64,000 nucleotides of DNA from Eledone cirrhosa (taxonomy: Eukaryota), in NCBI GenBank assembly GCA_964016885.1, contig OZ024740.1:82770001-82834000 (forward strand), in the 5' to 3' direction. Below are positions 50,061 to 63,345 of the stretch, piece by piece. A program made the position numbers and the translations under genes. Every line of letters starts with the position of its first letter. The stretch's first letter is position 1. The notes beneath the pieces are model-generated. The model saw only the letters and a list, made by a program, of their open reading frames with translations, was not told the DNA's origin and made no database searches.

Positions 50061-50824
50061 ACAGTTAGGTGCTTCACGCCTGGAGAATCTTTATTAACAA
50101 ATTAATGCTTTTATCATCTGAATTATATTGGCTTTTAATAATGAGAAAATATGTTTCAGTCTATGTAAATTGCGAATCCGTTAAGCGTGTAGTGGCATTT
50201 CTTTTCGATATTTGGCCAAGAACGCGCAGACAGGTTGTATAGCAATATTTTTTATCGTAGATATATTCTACATCTAATTAATGCATTGTTCTTCAATGTG
50301 TGATTGTTTAAGATTCTAGAGAATGACTAGGCGCCTGGTTCACATACAAATATACTTCTCTGTCGGCTTTGATTCCACTGAGTCTCCTATAATATAGTGA
50401 GCAAGCATTGACGATTCCATTACTTTAGACATCTTTTGTATGTATTGGTCGTGTCAAGGATCTTCTGTCTAGGGTTCTGTCGTGATTTCGTTTTATTATT
50501 TTTTTGGTTATATTCCCCACTCTCTCTCATTACATTTGTTTATACACGCTCAGTCAAACACACGCACGCACACACACAAAGAAACGCACACACACACACA
50601 CACACACAAACAAACACACACACACACACACATATATATATATGTATATACATCAGAATTCTCTAGTGTATACTTATTTCTTCATTACACTGTCCTTACT
50701 TTTAATATTTGTCTATTCTTAATTAATCGGTGATATTCATCGATTGTCCTTAGTTTAATTGCCGTTTTGGATATTTCTTCATTGTAATGTTGCTGATTCT
50801 CAGCATCTTATTACTATTATTTAC

Positions 50825-51205
50825 AGTGGTGAATTGGCAGTATCGGTAGAGAGGCGGACGCCATGCTTTCCAGCATAGTTACGTCCCTTTACGGTCTGAG
50901 TTCAAATCCCGTCGAGGTTAACTTTGCCTTTCATCCTTACGCGGTCGATAAAATAATGTACCAGTAATGTACTGGGTAATTGCTGGCCTTGTGCCAAAAG
51001 TAGAAACAATTATTTACAGTGGTGAATTGGCAGTATCGATAGAGGGTTGGGCGCCATGCTTTTAGCATAGTTACGTCCCTTTACGGTCTGAGTTCAAATC
51101 CTGTCAATGTTAACTTTGCCTTTCATACTTACGGGGTCGATAAAATAAAGTACCAGTAATGCACTGGGTATTTGCTGGCCTTGTGCCAAAAGTAGAAACA
51201 ATTAT
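50825..51205 (+). mobile_element. Head-to-tail dimer of the tRNA-derived SINE (period ~193 bp)
   Basis: Each unit has the A-box tggcagtatcgg (tggcagtatcga in unit 2), the B-box gttcaaatcc, the core actttgcctttcat.cttacg.ggtcgataaa and the tail gctggccttgtgccaaaagtagaaacaatta. Confidence 0.9.
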
Positions 51206-51889
51206 TTACGTTTTCTCATTATTTTCCTTTTCACAAATAACAGTTTCTCATTTTTCAAGGGTATTCTTTTGTCATACATATTTTTAAACCCTGAAAGACA
51301 GTACAGACTTTAACTCCTTATTTGTGGACTTTTGCATAAGCAGTGTAAATGACAAATAAATATTTAAAAAATGAAAATAATATTCGAATCCGTTTTGTAT
51401 TTTATGTATTTTATATTAGCAGTTATGCATTGTTCGCTTTAAAATAACATTTCTAATTCCTTTTTAATGTACCAACTGATTGAGAAAGGATATTGATAGA
51501 TTGATGACAACAATGTGACATATATAGTTCGTAAAACGATGTATTTCAGGCGTAATGCACAGTGCAACTGTCTGATTCATTTATATACGGTTTTCAGGTT
51601 GTCTTCTTCAGTCGACTTGGTACACAATTTCAAACAATGAATTAAAAGTTAGGAATATAATTCATATATGTTTCTTTTTACTTCATATTTACTTTCAATA
51701 ACGAGAACATCTAGTTCATCGATCGATATACAGCTGAGAAATGAAATTGTCCTTTGACTTTCTGAAGCCTTGTTATGCAGTATCATCTTTAAAATTCAAA
51801 TTCTAATGGTGAAAATGTTAATACCACTATATAATTAAACCTCACCTTTTCCCTCGGACAATGCATATATACATACACACATACACACA

Positions 51890-51943
<54 letters not shown>

Positions 51944-52414
51944 ATATGTATATATTCATGCATATATACACACATATATATATATAGAGAGAGAAAGATA
52001 GATGTGCACGTGTTAAAGTATGTATAAGTAGTGATGGAATCGTAAGGTCGCCACTATGACTCAGGGCGCACCTTCGGCTTTTTCGACGTGCTGGAACCCA
52101 TTCATTACCAGATTCTAAAACACCCGACGTCTTCAAAGACAGATAGAAGGCAAAGTGTAGGAGAGGTGTAAGAAGATGTTGGGAGATTTCAGAAAGAAAT
52201 TGACCCCAGTATTTAAAATTGCTTTGGTGTCAAGATAGAATCGAGGGAATATGAGTGTTGATTACTAACCTGCCTGGCTTATTGGAGATCAGGTGTTCCA
52301 ATCTTCATGTCTGGTTCTGGGTCATTTGGGAACTCCATTGAAAGCCAAATGCTGAGATTTACCTTTTTTATTCCCACGTCGTAGATGGAGATCTCTCTAA
52401 TGGTTTTATATTTT

Positions 52415-52702
52415 CAAAGAAACTGGGTATAAGAGGGATACTTTGTGGTATGCAGTAGAGAAGGCTGGGATGGTATAGCCATGTGATGCGCATGGAGGAT
52501 GACCGATGGATAAAGAAGTGCCAGGAAGTCCTAGTGGAGGGAAGACGCAGTAGAGGTAGACTACAAAAAACATGGGTGTAGGTGGTGCGAGCAGACCTCA
52601 GATCGCTGAAACTCACCGAGGAGATGACGAAGGACTGTGACAAGTCTGTTGTGCTGAAGAGGACCCATCCAAGCCTTGTAAGCAGGGAAACGCGGACGTT
52701 AA

Positions 52703-52732
<30 letters not shown>
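52415..52732 (+). mobile_element. 3' end of an RTE-like LINE with a (GAT)n tail
   Basis: Translates as RLGWYSHVMRMEDDRWIKKCQEVLVEGRRSRGRLQKTW, followed by a short UTR and (GAT)n. Confidence 0.8.
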
Positions 52733-52734
<2 letters not shown>

Positions 52735-55305
52735 AGGAGGCATGTGGACCTTTATTAATGTTTCTGCCACTGTAAGCGTACTGGCTTCACACATATCTAC
52801 TTCTCTTTTAATATCTTCACATTGTGTTATGAGGGACATCATTTTTTACTTTGACTTCGTCAGTAACAAGAGGCTTGCTATTTGCGCATTCCTTTGCTGT
52901 TGTGCGTCTGCATGCTTTCATTTTGTAGTTATTTGTGGTTGTGGAAGCGTTGTCAGCTGTAGTGGGGATGCCGTTGGTGTTGTAGGTGTGAGTGTGTCTG
53001 GTGTGGGTGTGTGCTTTGCGATTTCTGGAGAGTTTCTTATTGCATGGAAGACTATGTTGCTTGATGAATTGTCTTTTTTGATTTGTTTCTGTTTCTTTGT
53101 GATTACGCTTCACCTTCAGTCGGAGATTAGGTGTTGTTTGTCTCCCTAATATGGGCGTGGAAATGCCTTTGTCTTTTGTGTGTGCAATTCTTTTGATCAT
53201 GTAGAGAGATGGGTGGGTTGAAGGACAATAAGATTTTTTTTGAGATCCTTAGGTGGTGTTGGTGGTTCTTCTACTGTTGTGGGTGCTGGTTTTGCTGAGG
53301 GTAGTTTCCTTGTTCGTAACTTCATACCAATACTTATCTACCTGGAGATCTGGTCCAAAGCAAACCCGGAGCATATTTACTGGTCCGTCCGCCCAGCACC
53401 CGATGACGCTTTTGAAAAGTATGAACTTGCCTTTCCAGATGCCGACCTGCAAGCTCATCGATTTTCCGGGTTTGGTTTAATTCCCTTCAACCTTTTAAAT
53501 TCATCCAGAAAGGTGGTGACCACCTCGATATCCAAGGTCCTGTCGTCTGCATAACCCGACACAGTTTTTCCACGTCTCGCTTTGAGTGAGATGCCCTGCA
53601 ACAACTCCAGCATCCGCAGTAAAGGCTCGAGAGTCAATACACACAGAGGAGTGGAGAGAGAATTCCCTTGACGGACCGTTTTGGAGATCTGAAAGGGTCC
53701 GAAAGATGGCCATGAACTTTGATCTCCCAGCAGATACCACTGAGCATTGGAGCGATCCAGCCTTTGAAGACAGGACCAAAGCCAGGTGTGTTGAGGACAG
53801 CCACCAAGTGTCGATGGTCGAGCCTATCGAAAGCTTTAGATTGATCTAAATTGATCAGAGACCACTTCCCCGATGATAGATTTAACCCCTGCTCTCTCTA
53901 TGATGTATCGCATGAGGTGCAGGTTGTCGCGTGTTACCCTACTTAGGATTGCGTAAATTTGCGCCTCTGCTACCAAATCCATGACGACTGGTGCCACCTC
54001 TATGCTAACACTTTGGCCAAAATCTTAATATCTATGTCTAGCAGAGTTGTGGGCCTGAAGTTGTCTAATGTATACCTCTTGTTCTCCTCGTTCCTCATCA
54101 GCGTCAATACGTGACGGCTCGCAGAACTGCGAATACTCCCGTCCTGTTGCTAGTTCCTGTATAGCACTTAGAGGAGATTGGGCAGCAAGTATGGCATATC
54201 TACGTATAGCACGTTTGGCAGACATCCACACTGGGTGATTTGTGCCTAGGACATCTCGAATATCGACTGAAACTATTGGCCTTTCGCAGTGCTCAGCATT
54301 GGCTTGCAAGAGACACAGTAGACCTTCGAGGTGGGGATTTTAATCTGCAACCGTTTCCTCCCTATGGCCCTCAAACAGCCGAGGAAAGTGCTGGCGAAAT
54401 GCTTCACACATCTGTGTGTAATCTTTCAGCTCAGTTTCCTCTCGGCCTGTCATAGAGCGAGTTGTGGTTTGTTACCACACTACGCCTCTGCAACGCAAAC
54501 GCATCGGACAGCTTTGGTTTCCTGGTTTCTTAGAGCACACACCTTAGCTATGACAGTGCAATGTTCATGTTTCGCATTCAAGTAATCATCTAATGTTATT
54601 CTCACCTCTAGCATGTAGGCTGCAATGCGATTACAAATAGCCTCGTCATATTTATCAACCAGATTACCGTCATTTCTGTTTTGCTTTCACTTACATCTTT
54701 GCTAAAATCTATCGACGTAAACTCGTCTGTTGTAGACGACCAACCTTGTCAACGTTTGCTTGACTAAATTGTTGACACTGTCCATGGAAGCCTTACCTGT
54801 CGGAAACGACATGTTCAGTAACTAGGCCCTAACCGGCGCGTCTGATCTAAGTCGATCATACGGATTCACTAACCTATATGAATAGTCGCTCGCTTGAAAT
54901 TGTGGACAACCTATACAATCCTTATCTATTGATATAATACAAGATCCTATCAATATACGATCTCGATGAATCTATGCGTTTAGCCCAGGTTTTCATTGGC
55001 GCATTAGGTAAATCTAGGGAGTCGTTGTTCTTTTTACTTTTTTTCACTGTTGCTCTTCTTGCTGCCGTTGTTCACGTTGTCTGTGGTAATGTTGCTTAAT
55101 TCGTTGTTGCTTGTGTTAGTAATTACTTTTTGCTGGTTCACAATTGTGCTTGTCATTGTTTCCCTCCTCTCAACATTCATATAACTGTCAGAAGACGGCA
55201 GATTTAGTATTGGGTGGTGGCGCGTGTCTCGTCCAATTTTGTTTTGTTTATATTAGGCATCAAATATACACAGTTTAAATATTTGGGCCAAAAGGCCCAA
55301 ATATA
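52735..55305 (-). mobile_element. Heavily decayed Tx1/L1-like LINE (copy 3)
   Basis: TLEPLL..VSGYADD, a KAFDR-like motif and FRP-like RT remnants. Its 5' end gccttttggcccaaatattt matches the other copies. The left boundary may extend past the RTE insert. Confidence 0.7.
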
Positions 55306-55453
55306 AAGTATCCCTATCACGGCAGAGACTGAAGTCTTACTACTCTAGAGAAATATTTCAGTCAAATTGAACCAACATTTTGGAAAATGTACTTCCTTGT
55401 GGAGCTTACACAAACGCAACATCTCAGTACGAGAGCTAATAATAGTAATAATA

Positions 55454-55640
55454 ATTGTTTCTACTTTAGACACAAGGCCAGCAATTACCCAGTGCATTAC
55501 TGGTACTTTATTTTATCGACCCCGTAAGGATGAAGGGCAAAGTCAACCTCGGCGGGATTTGAATTCAGATCGTAAAGGGATGTAACTATGCTGGAAAGCA
55601 TGGCGTCCGACCCTCTACCGATACTTCCAATCCACCGCCC
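55454..55640 (-). mobile_element. Full-length tRNA-derived SINE
   Basis: Reverse complement matches 62000-62190. Confidence 0.9.
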
Positions 55641-56279
55641 TTCTAATAATAGTATTAATAATGGTTTCTGATCTGGGTAGAAGGTCATCAAATTTGTAAG
55701 GATAAAAGGCATACCTAACCTTGTGATTTGAACTCAGAATGTGAAAGAACATTACTATACCACGCATGTTGGCCGAAACTCTGCTGATTGACACTTCTAG
55801 AGCGAATTTCTTCATAGTTTACTCAAGACATGATTGCGAATTAAGCTAGATTGTTTTTAATGTGGAATGTAGATAAATGCCCATTTCTTATGTAGCATTA
55901 TAGTGTAAAAGAAATCATTGTCATCATCAAATATTGCTAGGTGACGATTAGGTGTGCAAAACAAATTAAGTTGTAAAAATGAAAACTAAAATAGAAGTCG
56001 GTTACTTGTATAAAAACGTAACTTGGTTCATTATTTTTAATGCCAGTTTGACAGAAAATAATTTTAAATGAAGGAAATATGAAGGAATAACTAGAGAAAT
56101 ATTGTATCGATTTGTGATATAGTCCACAGTTAATTCCTTGGCACGTCAAGTCATTCTTAAATTGGTGTAATTTAACATTGGTAATTATGTCAGTTGCAGA
56201 ATATAGCTCAGCTATAAGTGTAATTTGTATTAAGAATTAGTCAGGAGGAAATATTGTTGACAGAATGGAACTAAATATA

Positions 56280-56325
<46 letters not shown>

Positions 56326-56326
<1 letters not shown>

Positions 56327-57571
56327 TAGCAGAAGTACCCGGAGTTGCCCGGGTGTAAGTCGACCTTTGGTCTGTTGTTAAAATGTTTCAAAGTTACTTC
56401 ACGCGTATCACAGGTGCAAAAACCTCCGAACCTCAAGGAAAAAAACAGAGGTTAGTATACGCAGGTGTGTAATTGAGCATAAATAATGGATCAATTGTAG
56501 GTTCACAGTGTATCGTTGAAATTGTTATTCGCAAGACTGACGGAAGTCAAATTCACTTAAAATTGAATTTTCAGTTGATTTTTAAAGCAGGGTGAAACAG
56601 TCGATTTTTTCAAATATATATTTTTTTTTTACAATTTTGGCGCTCACATGTGCAGAAGAAGAAATAAAAGGGACTTTATCTGAATCGCGGCATAATGGAA
56701 GATTCATTTGCGACAGTTTTCACGAAAATCGGACGTTCCTGTAAAAAATTATACCATCTGCAAATTTGCCTTGTTTTTTGCGCAAAGTCGAACCCCCGCT
56801 TCAGTTTTATTGATTTTTTACATGAACGGGTGACCTCTGAAGTAGATTTGAGTAGCTAAAGACCTGTGCCGGTAAATTTGCTATATGTGAAAAAAGTTGA
56901 TCAAAATTGCGTCTAGGGTTATTGCCCTTTGCAACAGCCTCAAGAACATGTAATTAAAAAGATTTACCATGGACTATCGTGCACGTTGGTATTGTGTTTA
57001 GCCTGCGAAAATCGGTGATCAAATGAGGCAACAATAAGCCATACTGATGACGTTTAAGCGGGTGGCAAGGAATTGGTGTGGCATAGATGGCCATGGGAGT
57101 CTTGAAGGAGCACGGTGGTCAGGAAAAAGAAAGGGCCGAGGATGGGATGGTGGCTGACAGTGCATGGAGGCGGCATCCTGAGGCATGAATATGTAGTGGG
57201 GCGACGGTCAGCAGGCAAGGAAGAGGGCAGGGGTGGACGGTGGCAAGGATGCCGCATGGTGATCCATGGCAGTCTTGAAGGAGCACTGCGGTCAGGAAAA
57301 CGAAAGGGCCAAGGAGGGGATGGCGGCTGACAGAGCATTGATGCGGCATGGTGATGCATGACGATGCAGTGAGACGACGGCGTGCAGTGAAGGGGGATGG
57401 CCGGGATTGACGGTTGCAGGGATTCCGCATGGTGAACCATGGCACTCGTGAAGGACCAAGTCGTGCGGGTAAGGGAGAGGGAAAGGGAGGACATGGTGGC
57501 TGACAGAGCATGGATGCGGCATGGTGAGGCATGACGATGCAGTGGGATGACATATATATATACACACACAT

Positions 57572-57616
<45 letters not shown>

Positions 57617-57623
57617 TATATAT

Positions 57624-57664
<41 letters not shown>

Positions 57665-58174
57665 TACATATATACATGACTATATATGTGTGTGTTTATC
57701 TATCTATGTATTTTATCAGCAGGCAGGGGGTTTTGGCTGCACCAGTGAGGTGGAAGAGAGGAAAAGAGAGTATATACATGACTATATATGTGTGTGTTTA
57801 TCTATCTATGTATTTTATCAGCAGGCAGGAGGTGTGGCTGCGCCAGTGAGGTGGAAGAGAGGGAAAGAGAGTAAGTTAGAGTTGTCCTGATTTTTGCCTC
57901 TGGTGATCCAATTATCGATTTTTCGAAAATGTTATGTAGCGCACGTTTATCCCCGGATCAAAATACACACTTGCGTTGAGTTTCATCGATTTTTGAAAAT
58001 ATCGATTTTTGGCTTCTGGGTCCCGATTATCGATTTTTCGAAATTTTCAAGTAGCCTATTCCACTCTACGCGTTGAGTTTTATATATGTGTGAGGTTTCA
58101 TGAAAATTGGATGAACAGTGTAGCATGCAAGTTCGGTACACCAAACAACGCCCAACTTCACTTTATATATAAGA
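56326..58174 (-). mobile_element. Non-autonomous Helitron
   Basis: The minus strand begins A|TCTTATATATAAAG (58174) and ends with hairpin cccgggcaactccggg followed by ...CTAG|T (56326). No TSD. Confidence 0.75.
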
Positions 58175-58844
58175 TAAACGGAAAAAATGAAACGAGATTT
58201 CATTTCCCACTCTTAGTACGGCTGTTACTTAAGTAGAAGTATGTATACGTACATTCATATATGTATACAGACGTACAGTAGTATGCATATATATATACAT
58301 ACTTGCACACATATATATATGTACGTATGGATTCACCGAACATTTAATATAATGCTCGGTGTGTTTGTAAACAAACATCCCGTATTAAGCTGTAGTGTCT
58401 AGCAACCATCGTTGATCGTTTGTTCAACACTGACAAAGGAACGGTGTACTAGTTTCAAGCTTATTAGCTATCGTCAGCCCCGTATACCTTCCTGGCAGAT
58501 GATTGAACGTCTGAAAGTATATACTTTCCTTATGCATATTAACGGCTGAGCAGCCTAATTTGCATATCGAGTGGGTTAATCGGCCGGGTGCACCTAAAAC
58601 CGAAAACCGAAAAAGCTAATAAGCTTGAAACTATTACAGCGTTCCTTTGTCAGTGTTGAACAAACGAGCAACGATGGTTGCTAGACACTACGGCTTAATA
58701 CGGGATGTTTGTTTAAAGCGCACCGAGCATTATAATATATGTTCGGTGAATCCATACTTACTTATATATATGTGTGCATGTATGTATATATATATATTAA
58801 TACTACTGTACGTCTTTATACATACATGTATGTACGTATACATA

Positions 58845-58850
<6 letters not shown>
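58175..58850. repeat. Family X foldback element with ~240-bp inverted arms
   Basis: ~58235-58470 is the reverse complement of ~58612-58850, with a ~140-bp spacer. Confidence 0.8.
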
Positions 58851-58899
<49 letters not shown>

Positions 58900-59113
58900 G
58901 ATGGAGGCCAGCGCGTGTGTTTATGTATGCGTACAGGATCCGCAAAGAAGGAAATATAAAAATCGCATTGCCATCGGAATATAGAGTCATATAGTAGAAT
59001 CACCCACTCCTTGTGGGGATTTCATTATTATCTTTAAAAATAATAAAGGAAACAATAGATTGACATAGTTTCCTGTTCTATCTCCACTTATAGAAGCATA
59101 CATAATATTTGTT

Positions 59114-59194
<81 letters not shown>

Positions 59195-59197
<3 letters not shown>

Positions 59198-60810
59198 CAA
59201 AGGAAATGTGGTAAGGAACCAGGTGTACCATAACGCACCAAAATACTCAATACTTAGGGTAGTAGACTGGGCCACATATGGGACCTCAAGGATAACAATA
59301 TTACCTATGATCTCACATGGATCTTACTGTCCAGAGCCAACTCTTACACGGGGGGACGCCGTCCGTGCAATTTATGCTCGGAGGAAACTTTACAAATGCT
59401 GTCCTCGACGGACCAAGTCCTAAACAAGAAAGATGAACTGGTAACTGCATGTAAACACCGATTGCGTAGGACTTACCTCGCCCTGAAACCCCATAATGAC
59501 CGGTGGGGGGCTAGGCTAGGGCTATAACACCCCACTTTTTTTATTTTGTATTGGGTAACCCCTGTTTGCAAATGTAGACCTAATATCTTCTTCTATGTCT
59601 ATTTATCACTCCTCTATATTTCCTTCTTCCCCCATCCCTCCCTAGTCCTTCCACCCCAGTCCTCTATCTTTGTCGTCGTCCTTTTACTTTCTCGCCCACC
59701 CGAGGCAGCCCCTCCGTCCCTTGTAGCCTCAGTACCACCACCCCCTTCCCCTAATCTATGATAGATTTGGCCGACTCCGCTTTTTATAGCAGATGTGTTA
59801 GACCCCGGATACTAGCCTTCTTATCCGATGGTCGCACCTTTTTAGGTGCTTTCTATATTTTTTAGTGGTATCTTTGCTTTAATTTATCGTATATCAGTAT
59901 TTATTTATTTTTAATTTATATTTATTTTGAATTTTTTTTAATTTTTTTAAATTAATTTTTTTGAATTAATTTTTCGTATCAAATTTTACATATACTTCGT
60001 ACGAGCATTTATGTAGTTTGCACTAGAATTTTTGTAGCGTGGTGGCACCCTTAGAGATAGTATTAGTATTCTTTTTCGGGATTCTGAATTATTATTTCGT
60101 ATTAGTTTATTTTTTTTGCACTGGGTAGCTGCTGGCCTTGTGCCCGGGGTAGAAACCTTTATTTCGTACTGGTCTCGGGACTCTGATTTATTATTTCGTG
60201 GTAGTTTGTTTAGTATTTTCGCCCCCCCCCCCCCACTTGTTGACCCGTCACCTTAAGATATATTCGGTTGTTGACTTATACCTCTTAAAAGGGTCTCATT
60301 ATAACTCCGTCCCACCTAGTAAACCTTTTTTTGGTCTAGCAGTACCAGTGAGTGAGTTGATAGCTGTCCTTAGGTTATAGTAACCAGAAATTGTTTTTTT
60401 CTTTACACTTAATTGTTTTTTAACACTCCCGGTATTTTTCTATATATTTACCCCATATTGTTTTACTTATTGTTTCCACTTCCTCCCCCTCCCCACCCTA
60501 GTATCTTCTTTGACCTCCTGCCCAGCCGTAGTTGGCACTATCAACGCACGACTGGGTTTCTTCCACCCCTTCTCCATCTTTCTTCTACTGGCGGGTTCAG
60601 CTACCCCCTCCCTCCACGAATTGCCATGATAGAATTATTATATCTCAACAACAAACTTTTAACCAATCCTTGTGACAATCACTTTTACCATAATGGGATT
60701 ACCCCCCTGAGAAGCTCGGCTATTCAGATACCAGGATAAACATTTTCATTTAGTCCAGAATTAGCCGTCGAAACGGCTTGAGCTCAGCCGTCGGGGTCCT
60801 ACTCGTTCCT
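59195..60810 (+). mobile_element. (TA)n-flanked ~1.6-kb non-coding element ending in a hammerhead-like motif (possible Penelope-like remnant)
   Basis: (TA)n on both sides, C-rich blocks and a terminal hammerhead-like fold. No ORF recognised. Confidence 0.45.
60701..60797 (+). ncRNA. Hammerhead-like motif with a degenerate core
   Basis: CCCC/GGGG stem I; CTGAGAA; CGGCTA/TAGCCG stem II; GAAA; near-palindromic stem III CGGCTTGAGCTCAGCCG; GTC triplet. Confidence 0.5.
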
Positions 60811-61789
60811 ATATATATATATATATATAAGCATAGATGCTTCTTTTTCTATTAACGTATGGCAAATATAAACATAACCACTTGAAATATCTATGTAACA
60901 CTAGATAGCTCTACATAGAAATAAACTGATGAAATAACATCTTATTTGTTATCAACAAAGCATTTTGTTCTACATGAAAAGAACACAGCCATTTACACAA
61001 AAGAAAGCATATCAACGAACAAAACCAAATTAAAAACAAACTGACAAACATTGAAAACGTATTTCTTATATAAACAATACAGTAAAAATATACTCGGAGG
61101 CGATTGTCTTGATGGTGATGACGATGGTGAACATCAAGGCAGCTACAACCGCATTGTTGGTTATGTTTATTGTGATGGAAAGCACGGCTAAAATTTTGAT
61201 GACAAAACCAACGGCAATGATATAGTGATGGAAGGATGATGATGCGTATATTGGGGATGGCGATGTTTGTTCATAATGACGCTGTGTCTGAAGCCATGTA
61301 TTTGACGTGAGTGAGAGCGAGAATAATTCTTGTTTGTTGTTTATGTAGGAGGTTGCTTATGTATAATACAATGCAGAAATAGGAATAAACTAGACCAGAG
61401 CATCATGCTTCTAAGCTGTTGGAGACTTTGTTCAACATATAATAATCCAGTATGAAAAAAACTAGATTAAGTCAAATCATTAATTTCTTTGATATAAATG
61501 TGGCATAAATATGTGCTGCTTTCATCGAATGATAAAGAAAGTGAAGAGTTATTGTTATGAATAACGTATTTAGTATCAATTAATAATAATTAAAAAAAGT
61601 AGAAACAAACACACACACACACATACACATACAAACACACACACACACATACACACACACACGCACACACACACAGACACACATACATACACACACACAC
61701 ACACCAAGTTATTAGCAGAGAAGGATGGACAGAGAAATGAATGAACATGTATGTGAAAATTAATTTTTCTTCCCAAAGTTAATACCACA

Positions 61790-61875
61790 GAGGTTAACTT
61801 TGCCTTTCATCCTTACGGGGTTGATAAAATAAAGTACCAGTAATGTACTGGTTTATTGCTGGCCTTGTGCCAAAT
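61790..61875 (+). mobile_element. SINE 3' half
   Basis: Matches 62092-62175. Confidence 0.8.
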
Positions 61876-61999
61876 GAATAATTAATTATTATTATTATCA
61901 CTGTGTGTGATAATAATAATAATTTTGCATATCCGCATTTGACAATGCATATAATGCTGAAACCGGTATAGTAAATAAATTAACGTTTTGATATTTGAA

Positions 62000-62190
62000 G
62001 GGCGGTGGATTGGCAGTATCGGTAGAGGGTCGGACGCCATGCTTTGACATATATAGTTACAGCCCTTGCCATTCTGAGTTCAAATCCCGCCGAGGTTAAC
62101 TTTGCCTTTCATCCTTACGGGGTCAATAAGATAAAGTACCAGTAATGCACTGAGTAATTTCTGGCCTAGTGCCGAATGTAGAAACAATTA
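62000..62190 (+). mobile_element. Full-length tRNA-derived SINE
   Basis: A-box tggcagtatcgg, B-box gagttcaaatccc, conserved core and tail. Confidence 0.9.
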
Positions 62191-62390
62191 TTATCACTGT
62201 TTGTACAAATATGCAACGTAAACAATGTTCTGCATATCCGCATTTGACAATGCATATAATGCTGAAACAGATATTGCAAATAAATTAATGTTTTGATATT
62301 TCACTTATAAAATCTCAACATTTTCTACTGAAACAATTTTTTCGTTTCCTACTATTTGTTTATATATATATATATATATACATATATATA

Positions 62391-62798
62391 CTAACAGTGG
62401 TACCCGGCGTTGCACCGATAAGGTATTTTGGAACACGGACCGCCAACAGACCTAATCGTGGAAAGACTGCATGCCTGGACAATATGTAAACAAAATAAAC
62501 CGAATACACTGGTGGCTGGATAGTCTTTAAGCTATTCCTCGATGAAGCAGGGAAAATGCAGGTTTTCATCTAATGCGGGCCCTAGAAATGAATTTTTTTA
62601 TATGCATAATATGCCTTGATATCTCGAGAAAATCGGTTAGACGTAACGCCTCAAAAGAGCCCTAAAAAGCTGAAAAATGAAGTTTTTCACCTAATGCGGG
62701 CCCTAGGGATCAAAAAGTTGAAATATAAGTAATACACATGGTAAAGTTAGAAAAACGTCGGTTGGGTACTTCTCGAGTTTTAGGGATTCAAACTCACA

Positions 62799-62840
<42 letters not shown>

Positions 62841-62890
62841 TACATCCTCAGGGAAGTGACGTAATGCAAACAGCAAGATATAAAGACAGA
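62391..62890 (-). mobile_element. Non-autonomous Helitron-like element (3' end clear, 5' end uncertain)
   Basis: The minus strand ends gcaacgccgggtaccactgTTAG|T in a TA tract, the same terminal motif as at 56326 and 63890. Confidence 0.55.
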
Positions 62891-63235
62891 TATTATAAGG
62901 GCGCGGTGTTATATCTATCTAAAAAGAGAAAGACCAAGAAATATAGAGAGAAATCGAATTTGTAATGTATTGATTTTTCAGTTCAAATGTATAAATAGGG
63001 ATTAGAGACGAGTTATTTCCCTTTTATGGCGTCATTTGTTTATCTATTTATGTTACGTATAAACGACGCGGTGGGCCGATAAGAACAATTTCATGCAAAG
63101 ACAAGACCAAGTTTATGGTGTAAATGGAATCGTTAGACGAATATTCTATTTAAAATAACCCAATGCTTTCCAGCCCCGGAGTTTAAGAATGATGTACATA
63201 CAATTGTAAACGAAAATGACAGGTTATTAAAATAG

Positions 63236-63345
63236 TTGTTTCTACTTTTGGCACAAGGCCAGCAATTACCCAGTGCATTACTAGTACTTTATTTTATCGA
63301 CCCCGTAAGGATGAAAGGCAAAGTTAAACTCGACGGGATTTTAAC
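63236..63345 (-). mobile_element. SINE 3' part
   Basis: Reverse complement of the SINE core and tail. Confidence 0.8.

Noticed and set aside
55281-55305. ggccttttggc at the Tx1-like 5' ends, resembling the U2 snRNA 5' region (Keno/Utopia targets)
   Set aside because: Only ~11 nt match, it is part of a local hairpin, and there is no flanking U2 sequence.
62000-62090. tRNA gene
   Set aside because: A and B boxes are present, but there is no cloverleaf and the sequence is always joined to the SINE core and tail.
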